A stretch of 64,000 bases of DNA from an uncultured Alphaproteobacteria bacterium (GTDB taxonomy: Bacteria; Pseudomonadota; Alphaproteobacteria; Rs-D84). The position numbers and the translations under genes were made by a program. Where the stretch lies: positions 774 through 64,773 of the forward strand of contig CALDAH010000016.1 of assembly GCA_937903135.1 (NCBI GenBank). Reading direction: 5' to 3'. The notes under the pieces are model-generated. The model saw only the letters and a list, made by a program, of their open reading frames with translations. It searched no databases and had not been told where the DNA came from. Of the stretch, positions 18,163 to 25,868 are shown piece after piece. Positions within the stretch are counted from its first letter, which is position 1; every line of letters starts with the position of its first letter.

Positions 18163-18624
18163 ATGTCAACCGGTAATAAATTACAATCCTATAACGCTGC
18201 GACGGATAAATTAATGCAGCAGGCACAGGGTTTAAAGATTATAAATAAAACCAAGTTTTCATTACCTGAAATGGTATCTTTGCTGCGGGAATCATTTAAA
18301 TATAAAATAACATACAAGAAAGTATTTAACGAACTGTTACGCGAAAAAGTTGATCCCGCGACCGGTTTTTGCATCGTTAGCAGTTTTTATATTTACGAAC
18401 GTACCGGCGGCGATAAGGTATGGAATGTAATGGAAACCCCAATACATTGGTGGCTGGAACATAAACAGACCGGGGAAGTTTTTGATATAACATATACCCA
18501 ATTTGAAGACCCGTTCCCGTATAAAATGGGAACGCCCGTAAAAAAGGTTAAAAACGACCCGCGGGTTATACGAATTTTAAAAGAAAAAGCCTTGATTTTG
18601 GGGCGCGCCGCCGGGATGGAATAA
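18163..18624 (+). CDS. Uncharacterised protein, tandem paralog 2
   Basis: Starts 3 nt after paralog 1. Contains the same conserved blocks (GFCIVSS, HWWLEHKQTGEVFDITYTQF, FPYKMGTPV). Confidence 0.7.
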   Translation: MSTGNKLQSYNAATDKLMQQAQGLKIINKTKFSLPEMVSLLRESFKYKITYKKVFNELLREKVDPATGFCIVSSFYIYERTGGDKVWNVMETPIHWWLEHKQTGEVFDITYTQFEDPFPYKMGTPVKKVKNDPRVIRILKEKALILGRAAGME

Positions 18625-18667
18625 ATTATCTGTTGCAAAAAAACGCGGTTTTGCTACACTTAATATT

Positions 18668-19906
18668 ATGATAAATAAACCCGAACCACTTATTAGGCCC
18701 GATACAATATTTACCGTATCCGATGCATCCGCGTTATTAAAAGGCGTCGTAGAAACCGCATTCCCGTGCATAAAAATTCGCGGGGAATTATCACAGATTA
18801 CACGCGCATCGTCGGGACATACATATATGACGATAAAGGATTCGGGGGCGGCGATATCGGTCATTGTTTGGCGCGGAACACCGATACCATTTGCGATTGC
18901 CGACGGACTGGAGGTTATAATAACCGGCCGTTTTACGACATACCCGGCGCGAAGTAATTATCAGATTATTGCAAATGAAATTGAAATGGCGGGCGTCGGT
19001 GCAATTCTTAAAATGCTGGAAGAACGCAAGCAAAAACTTGCCGCCGAGGGTTTGTTTGATGCCGCCCGAAAAAAGCCTTTGCCGCGATTGCCACAGCGCA
19101 TCGGCGTGGTAACCAGTCCGACCGGGGCCGCGTTCCAAGATATTCAAAACCGGCTGCGCGAACGATTCCCGACGCATGTTATTTTATACCCTGCAACGGT
19201 CCAAGGGGCAACCGCCGCCGCCGAGGTTGCAGCCGGCATTGAATATTTTAATCGTGAAAATAACGTTGATTTAATTATCGTTGCACGTGGTGGTGGCGCA
19301 CTTGAGGATTTGTTACCGTTTTCCGAAGAAATTGTTGTACGCGCCGCCGCGGCCAGTAAAATACCACTAATATCCGGCGTTGGTCACGAACCCGATTGGA
19401 TGCTGATTGATTTCGCCGCCGATTTTCGCGCCCCGACACCGACCGGCGCAGCCGAGGCCGCCGTCCCGACCAAGCTGGCATTACGCCAAGAACTGGATAA
19501 TATCTGGTATCGCTTTACCAGTTGTTTTACAACGCGGATTACAAACGCTACGGCGCGATTGGATTCAATTGCGATAAAAAGTCCACGGCAGTTTATTATG
19601 GAACAATCGCAGCGCGTGGACGATACAACGCGAACACTGGCGATTATAATAAACGGTAAAATTCAAAGTGTACGCAATCAGATTATTACCGTATCATCAT
19701 TCCCGAATATTTTACAAAATCGGATGGCGTCGCTTAATCAGTCTGTTAACCACCTGGGCCAGATGCTCGGATCGCTGGGGTATAAAAATGTTCTGCGGCG
19801 GGGGTTTGCAATTGTTCGTGATGCCGATAATCAGATTATTACAAGTGCGAATACATCGCACGTCCTGGCAACGATTGAATTTGCCGACGGCGTTATTAAA
19901 ATTTAA
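18668..19906 (+). CDS. xseA: Exodeoxyribonuclease VII large subunit
   Basis: FTVSDASALLKGVVE..F..I.IRGELS OB-fold N-terminus. LPRLPQRIGVVTSPTGAAFQDI, IIVARGGGALEDL, GHEPD. Confidence 0.92.
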   Translation: MINKPEPLIRPDTIFTVSDASALLKGVVETAFPCIKIRGELSQITRASSGHTYMTIKDSGAAISVIVWRGTPIPFAIADGLEVIITGRFTTYPARSNYQIIANEIEMAGVGAILKMLEERKQKLAAEGLFDAARKKPLPRLPQRIGVVTSPTGAAFQDIQNRLRERFPTHVILYPATVQGATAAAEVAAGIEYFNRENNVDLIIVARGGGALEDLLPFSEEIVVRAAAASKIPLISGVGHEPDWMLIDFAADFRAPTPTGAAEAAVPTKLALRQELDNIWYRFTSCFTTRITNATARLDSIAIKSPRQFIMEQSQRVDDTTRTLAIIINGKIQSVRNQIITVSSFPNILQNRMASLNQSVNHLGQMLGSLGYKNVLRRGFAIVRDADNQIITSANTSHVLATIEFADGVIKI

Positions 19907-19913
19907 TATCTGC

Positions 19914-19942
19914 TTGTATTTATTTTCAATATAAATTATAAT
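19914..19942 (+). promoter_or_regulatory. Sigma70-like promoter TTGTAT-17 nt-TATAAT (leader B)
   Basis: TTGTAT 19914-19919, 17-nt spacer starting TTATT as in leader A, TATAAT 19937-19942. Confidence 0.55.
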
Positions 19943-19948
19943 TATCCC

Positions 19949-20220
19949 GAATCCAAAGGGATATTGGGTTCGGGGTCGTCAAAAAGCCCATAATTAAAGA
20001 CAGTGTATAAAAAACACTGTATCCGCGGTACATTCCTGGCGCGGTTGCGCCATTTATTGTACGCCCCGATCGTAACGGTCGGGGAGCTGTTGGCTATAAC
20101 ACAGGGTATGTTTTTACCCAAAGGCCATCAGGGTCATTTCTTTAATTATGATTTTTTGAACTCCCCGACCGCCAAACCGTTTGGCGGTTGTTTTATTGGT
20201 AAAAAAAAAAGGGGGAAGCG
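19949..20220 (+). promoter_or_regulatory. Structured 5' leader B, homologous to leader A
   Basis: H0 ACAGTGT/ACACTGT 20000-20020. P1 is CCCCGATCG 20064-20072 paired with CGGTCGGGG 20076-20084. CTCCCCGACCG 20161-20171 is perfectly complementary to 20076-20086. Terminator ACCGCCAAA/TTTGGCGGT+TGTTTT at 20168-20195. SD GGGGGA 20211-20216. Confidence 0.55.
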
Positions 20221-20667
20221 TTGAAACATTATTTATTATTTTCATTAACGGCGGTAATCTGTTTAATATTATCACCCGCGATTGCCGTAACGCAATGTGT
20301 GCCAAGCATGTATAACATGACAAAATGCAACATCGGAACTGGAAATAACAACAACTCATGGAGTGCATCATGTTCGGATGGCGGCTCTCTTTCTATCTTT
20401 CTGTATGGGTCGGCGAATTGTTCGTCGGATTCATCTTCCCGCGGATATGGATATAAAGATATGCTAACGATATCCAGTACGCTTACAAATAACAAATACT
20501 GCTGGTGCAAACTTGATCGGCCATACCCGACGCGCTGGTTATATCTATATGACGCCAGCACCGGGGAAATATGCGCAAAAAATTGTTCAGAGAAATGCGC
20601 AACCACCCTCCAAACCCTTCAGGGATATCGCCAAGCATTTGCGCATACGTCCGCCCTGTATCGTTAA
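20221..20667 (+). CDS. Cysteine-rich secreted protein (148 aa), TTG start
   Basis: GGGGGA SD 4 nt before TTG. Signal-like MKHYLLFSLTAVICLILSPAIA. Multiple Cys (YCWCKLD..., CAKNCSEKCA). Confidence 0.65.
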   Translation: MKHYLLFSLTAVICLILSPAIAVTQCVPSMYNMTKCNIGTGNNNNSWSASCSDGGSLSIFLYGSANCSSDSSSRGYGYKDMLTISSTLTNNKYCWCKLDRPYPTRWLYLYDASTGEICAKNCSEKCATTLQTLQGYRQAFAHTSALYR

Positions 20668-20687
20668 CGCCACCGGGGGAGATTGAT

Positions 20688-20978
20688 ATGAAAAAACTGT
20701 TATTATTTTTTATTGCATCTGTTTATTTACAATCGGCGTGCGCAGATCCGATGACGATATGCCCAACTAATTTTATAACAATTGAATATGACCACACTGC
20801 CAAATTCAGCGAATCCAGCGTCGGCAGCAGCTGCGGCAGCGGATACGTAACCGTTATGGCGGTCCAAAGCTGCATAGAAACCACAACCGGCCCATGTTGG
20901 ATGTACGCGCCGGGCGGAATGCCATTTAATGACACAACCGGGACATATGAATTTACAGCCATATGCCCGTTAACATAA
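20688..20978 (+). CDS. Small cysteine-containing secreted protein (96 aa) with C-terminal GTYEFxxxC motif
   Basis: GGGGGA SD before ATG 20688, inside the listed ORF 20571..20978. Signal MKKLLLFFIASVYLQSACA. C-terminus NDTTGTYEFTAICPLT. Confidence 0.65.
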   Translation: MKKLLLFFIASVYLQSACADPMTICPTNFITIEYDHTAKFSESSVGSSCGSGYVTVMAVQSCIETTTGPCWMYAPGGMPFNDTTGTYEFTAICPLT

Positions 20979-20989
20979 AACAAAGAATA

Positions 20990-22639
20990 TTATTTTACCA
21001 GCGTACGTGCGGTCGCAATAGATTCCGGGGTAATTTCCGCCCCGCTGATTATTCGCGCAATTTCATTTATTCGTTCATTATCTGCGATTTCGCATACAGT
21101 TGTTATAGTCGCATCGTTTTCAACGTGTTTCGCAATCTTAAAATGACGATTTGCATATCCGGCGACCTGGGCCGAATGCGTTATTACCAGCGCCTGGGAC
21201 GCGGCGGCTAATTTATTTAATCGTTGCCCGACGGCACTGGCGGTCGCGCCGCTGATGCCGGTATCAACCTCGTCAAAAACGAATGTCCGGGCGGAATCAA
21301 CGCCGGCCAAAACAACACGCAGTGCCAGCATTAATCGCGCCAATTCACCACCCGATGCCGCGCGGTGCAGCGGCGCAAACGGTGACCCCGGGTTTGTTTT
21401 AATCATAAATACAACATCGTCATGCCCGGCCGCGGATGGTGCGCCATCGGTGATTTCAATGCAAACATCCGCCTGGGCCAATTTTAAATCGGGCAATTCA
21501 GCCAGTAACGCACGCCGTAAATTTTCCGCCGCACGACGACGCGCTGCGGATAACGCAGCCGCAGATTTATCAAACGCTGCACGACGTGCCGCCAGTTCAC
21601 CGGTTAGCATCTTTAACTCGGCATCTGAATTATCAATCGCATTTAGCTGAGATGCCATCTGTTCCAGCTTCGCCGGCAGCTCGTCCGCCGGTATCCGATG
21701 CTTTCGCGCCGCGGCACGTATCGCGAACAGGCGTTCTTCTATTGCATCCATATCGGCGACGTCGGTATCTGTTGGCGCTAATTCCTGGGTGATTTCCGCA
21801 ATTGATTGCGCGATATCGTATAATCTATCTATCTGTTCGGAATATGGATTAGGATCGGTTTTTATACGCTGTAAAATATGCGCAACCGAAAACACCTGGG
21901 AATCCAATGATACGCCGCGCGGCGAAAGTGCGTCCAGGGCCTCGGTTAATATTGCCGCGTTCTTTTCAGCATTCATCATTGCGGCACGACGGTCGGATAG
22001 TTCCTCCTCTTCGCCGGGGGATACGTTCAATGCACGCAGTTCGGCGACATTATGTTCTAAAAAATCACGTTCAATTTCAGCACGTTCCAGCATTTCACGC
22101 AATTGCGCCAAACGCAATTCAGTCGCATGATAATCATTATATGCAGATTTAGTATTCTGTAATAGCGTATTGAAATCAGTGATATTATTTACCGCATACA
22201 TATCCAACGTCCCGCGATGCGTTGCGGGGTTTAATAAAGTATGATTAGCAAACTGGCCGTGAATTTCAACAATTGCATCGCCGACCTGTTTTAAAACGCG
22301 GGCAGATATGGGAACGTCGTTTATCCAGGCACGGCTTTTCCCGGCCGCATCCAAGGTGCGACGCAGTATTAAACCGTTATCAAAATCAATTCCATTATCG
22401 CGTAGTATCTGTGCGACGTCATTACTAATCGTATCAAATTCTGCAACAACCGACGCATTATCACAACCATGACGGACCAAGCCCGCATCGGAACGCGCCC
22501 CGAGTGCCAGTGACAGTGCATCCAATAGAATACTTTTCCCCGCCCCGGTTTCCCCGGTTAAAATATTTAAACCCGGCCCGAATTCCAGATTCAGCCGTTC
22601 AATTAATACTATATTGGAAATATTTAAACCAATTAACAT
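20990..22639 (-). CDS. recN: DNA repair protein RecN
   Basis: N-terminal GETGAGKSILLDAL Walker A, long coiled coil, C-terminal ASGGELARLMLAL signature and FDEVDTGISG. Confidence 0.95.
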   Translation of the reverse strand: MLIGLNISNIVLIERLNLEFGPGLNILTGETGAGKSILLDALSLALGARSDAGLVRHGCDNASVVAEFDTISNDVAQILRDNGIDFDNGLILRRTLDAAGKSRAWINDVPISARVLKQVGDAIVEIHGQFANHTLLNPATHRGTLDMYAVNNITDFNTLLQNTKSAYNDYHATELRLAQLREMLERAEIERDFLEHNVAELRALNVSPGEEEELSDRRAAMMNAEKNAAILTEALDALSPRGVSLDSQVFSVAHILQRIKTDPNPYSEQIDRLYDIAQSIAEITQELAPTDTDVADMDAIEERLFAIRAAARKHRIPADELPAKLEQMASQLNAIDNSDAELKMLTGELAARRAAFDKSAAALSAARRRAAENLRRALLAELPDLKLAQADVCIEITDGAPSAAGHDDVVFMIKTNPGSPFAPLHRAASGGELARLMLALRVVLAGVDSARTFVFDEVDTGISGATASAVGQRLNKLAAASQALVITHSAQVAGYANRHFKIAKHVENDATITTVCEIADNERINEIARIISGAEITPESIATARTLVK

Positions 22640-22681
22640 AGGTAAATTATAGCGATAATTTACGCCCTATTTCAAGATTTT

Positions 22682-23125
22682 TTATACACGTTCCAATCGC
22701 CAATCGTGCAGCCATAAAATATATAAATCAATCTGATAATCGGGGTGAATTTTTCGTAATAAATCCGCGTATTCCATTAGCTGGCGAATGTATAAACCGC
22801 GGCGTGCATCCGGGGCAGAATCTGTTTTATAATCCAGTATACGAATTAAGCGCTTCTGATGATCTATGCACAACCGGTCAATACGGCGACTGATAAATTT
22901 CCCGTTTATAATACCTGCAACCGGAACTTCGGCCGCAGAATCCGCGCCAAAGAAATCAATTAAACCATCACATGATTTTATTTTATTAATTAAATCCGTA
23001 TCCCGGGTCGCCGCGGGGGCATTAATATCTATGCGCTGCAGTCGTTTGTGCATACGCGTGCCGGTCGCCTGGGCAATATTTTCCCGTTCAATGTTTGATA
23101 AAAAATCAGATAATTTATTCACCAT
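22682..23125 (-). CDS. addA: AddA C-terminal PD-(D/E)XK nuclease domain encoded as a separate overlapping ORF (split or frameshifted addA)
   Basis: GTRMHKRLQRI and GKFISRRIDRLCID...LIRILDYKTD are RecB-family nuclease motifs. ATG 23125 lies 8 nt upstream of the helicase ORF stop (ATGGTGAATAA). The listed ORF extends to 23197. Confidence 0.7.
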   Translation of the reverse strand: MVNKLSDFLSNIERENIAQATGTRMHKRLQRIDINAPAATRDTDLINKIKSCDGLIDFFGADSAAEVPVAGIINGKFISRRIDRLCIDHQKRLIRILDYKTDSAPDARRGLYIRQLMEYADLLRKIHPDYQIDLYILWLHDWRLERV

Positions 23126-25772
23126 ATACAATCCTAATGCAATCGTCCGTGGCCACCGCCGCTGGTAAATTCCCCAAAACATCCCAAAGCTGTGCATGCC
23201 ATGATGATTTCGGTGGCTGCGCGGCGCGCGAAGAATATCCGTATATATATAACCGATCGCGGGCGCGCGTCATCGCAACATATAATAACCGATAGTATTC
23301 CGCAATATGCGATTGCATTAACCTGTCGGCGGCAACCGCCCTGCGTTGACTGTTATCGTCGCGCGGCGACCATAACCATGGCGTCGGGAAATTATCCCCG
23401 GCCCGATGAACCGATCCCAGCATATCGGCCGTTATCGGTAAAATAGTATCACATTTTGGCGTATCAACGGTATCAATTAAAAACACAACCGGGGCCTCTA
23501 GGCCCTTGCTGCCGTGAACTGTTGCGATACGAACGCCCGATGTCGCGTCCATGTCGCGCTTAATCTCGCTGCCGCCGGTAATAAACCATTTAATAAAATG
23601 ATGCAACGTTCCCGGCTGGGTGCGTTCATATGATAAACATATCGTCATGAACTCTTCTATTGGGTCATTAATCTGCGCCCCTAGTGCTGCGATCATATGA
23701 TGGCGAATATTATGCGAATTTAAAAGACGCGAAAAAAATGAATACGGCCCAAGGTCGCCGGCCCAGGAAATAACGTCCGTTAAAAACATATATATATCCG
23801 GATGGGAATTTTGCAATACATCAAAAACCGTCATTAACACAGCATCTGGATTATCCGCGCGACGTGATTTATTTTCATCATTTTTAATTTTACAGATATT
23901 ATAAATATCGCGTTCTTTCAATCTGAAAATCGGGCTTTTTAACACACAGCACAGGCTGTAATCATCCGTCGGATCTAAACAAAATCTGATTAGATTTAGC
24001 ATATCACGAATAGCGGGAAATCGCGGTAAAACAATTCGGTCACTGCCCGCGACATCAATACCACGACGTTTTAATTCCACAACCAGCGGCGCGGTTAGCG
24101 GATTACGCTTTTGAACCAATACCATAATATCACAGGCGGAATATTCACCGGCATCCACGATTGATTTTATTTTATCGGCAATACTTTTTATATATTCCGT
24201 AACAGTTATACCATCATTTAGTTTTGATTGAGATTTATAAACCTCAACCAATCCCGGGGTATCGCGGCGAAAGCATGTATGACGATTATTTGAAAATCCG
24301 CTTAACTCCACAACCGATGGATTACAAAAGAATTCATCCACGGCATATAATATAGATGACAGTGATCTGAAACTCTGGGCTAATGGTACTTCGCGAATTG
24401 TGCGCAGATTATTTTTTATCTGGGCAGATATTTCATCACGACTGGTCGCGAATGCATTTGGATCTGCGCCCTGGAATCCGTAAATTGACTGCTTGCTGTC
24501 GCCTACGACGAACAGCGAGTGCATATATTCATCTGCATCACCGTCGGTAAAAAAATCCCCCGATAGCATACGTAAAATATCCCACTGCATTGGACTGGTA
24601 TCCTGCGCCTCGTCCAGCAGGATATGCGATAACGATAAATCCAGCTGCGATAGTACCCAGCCCATCGTTTCGGGATTAGAAAATAGCTTTCGCGTATATA
24701 AAATTAAATCTTCAAAATCTAAAACATTTCGCGCACGTTTTAAATCACGATATATCTTTGAAAATGCCGCCGACAGATCAAACATCGCGATGGTATCTTC
24801 GTAAACCAAATTGTTTAAATTGTATTGATTAACCCTGTATACGCGATCCTGTTCGGCTGATAAATATTCCTTCTTGGATACGTTGTCCAACGGCATACCA
24901 TCCGCGTTTAAGTATGCTTTTTTATATTCATCAAAATTTAAAGTTTTATCAATATACTTTCTGGTATTTTTAATAATTTTATCTAAGTAGTTTACCGGCT
25001 TTTTTAATGAATTTTGCTCTATTTCGGCGTTTTCAATGATTTTTTTCAGATTTTCCACATCCGTCGCATCAATAATCTGGTTATTTAGTTCCAGAAATTC
25101 CTTAGTCGTATCAATAAAATATTTGCGATAGTTATCAAAGTTTTCCACCTTAAAAAAATACTTATATTGATCACGCAGATTGTCCAGTAGCAAAGGCATC
25201 CGATCTTCGGTCAGGCGTTCAACGATATGAGCAAAAGCATTACGGGTTTTATCATCCCCGTCGGCGGAATTAATTAGCCTAGCAAACGCATCTTGCATTA
25301 ACACACGCTGATTATAATCTGATATCAGTGACCATGCCGGCGACAGCCCTGCCTCTAATGGAAAACGATGTAAAATTTCTTCGCAAAAACCGTGAATGGT
25401 TTTTATCTTTAACATATCCGGGCAATCAATATATTTAAAAAATATCTCACGCGCACGTGCGATATCATTTTCGGTTGCCGGCGAATTTATTGCAACGCCG
25501 TCTAATAATATAACCAGATCGTCGTCTGATGCACAGGCCCACGTACGCAGTGCCGATAAGATACGGTTTCGCATCTCGCCCGCGGCGGCGTTTGTATATG
25601 TTAAACATAATATACCGCTGGGGCTATTTTTCGGCATACGAAATAAAATTCGCAACAAACGCTGAATTAAAACACTTGTTTTACCCGTGCCTGCGTTTGC
25701 CTGAACCCATACGTTTTCCTGCGGGTTTGCGGCGATATCTTGCTGCGGTGAAAGTATGCGTTTTTGTACCAT
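23115..25772 (-). CDS. addA: AddA-type UvrD/Rep superfamily-1 helicase portion (885 aa, no nuclease domain in this frame)
   Basis: QANAGTGKTSVLIQRLL Walker A, LLDEAQDTSPMQW, VGDSKQSIYGFQGA, TVHGSKGLEAPVVFL, LLYVAMTRARDRLYI. Confidence 0.85.
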   Translation of the reverse strand: MVQKRILSPQQDIAANPQENVWVQANAGTGKTSVLIQRLLRILFRMPKNSPSGILCLTYTNAAAGEMRNRILSALRTWACASDDDLVILLDGVAINSPATENDIARAREIFFKYIDCPDMLKIKTIHGFCEEILHRFPLEAGLSPAWSLISDYNQRVLMQDAFARLINSADGDDKTRNAFAHIVERLTEDRMPLLLDNLRDQYKYFFKVENFDNYRKYFIDTTKEFLELNNQIIDATDVENLKKIIENAEIEQNSLKKPVNYLDKIIKNTRKYIDKTLNFDEYKKAYLNADGMPLDNVSKKEYLSAEQDRVYRVNQYNLNNLVYEDTIAMFDLSAAFSKIYRDLKRARNVLDFEDLILYTRKLFSNPETMGWVLSQLDLSLSHILLDEAQDTSPMQWDILRMLSGDFFTDGDADEYMHSLFVVGDSKQSIYGFQGADPNAFATSRDEISAQIKNNLRTIREVPLAQSFRSLSSILYAVDEFFCNPSVVELSGFSNNRHTCFRRDTPGLVEVYKSQSKLNDGITVTEYIKSIADKIKSIVDAGEYSACDIMVLVQKRNPLTAPLVVELKRRGIDVAGSDRIVLPRFPAIRDMLNLIRFCLDPTDDYSLCCVLKSPIFRLKERDIYNICKIKNDENKSRRADNPDAVLMTVFDVLQNSHPDIYMFLTDVISWAGDLGPYSFFSRLLNSHNIRHHMIAALGAQINDPIEEFMTICLSYERTQPGTLHHFIKWFITGGSEIKRDMDATSGVRIATVHGSKGLEAPVVFLIDTVDTPKCDTILPITADMLGSVHRAGDNFPTPWLWSPRDDNSQRRAVAADRLMQSHIAEYYRLLYVAMTRARDRLYIYGYSSRAAQPPKSSWHAQLWDVLGNLPAAVATDDCIRIVYGE

Positions 25773-25868
25773 TTATGCCCTTGCTTTATCTTTTAGATTT
25801 TAGTATAAATCCATCAGAACTGCAAGGATATATAAATCCGGTTAATAGTATCTAAAATCACGGGGAGA

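Noticed and set aside
20003-20224. A 73-aa ORF running through leader B and ending in TTGA overlap with the 20221 start.
   Set aside because: It starts at a GTG inside hairpin H0 and reads through P1 and the terminator. It has no counterpart in leader A and no SD. It is treated as non-coding.
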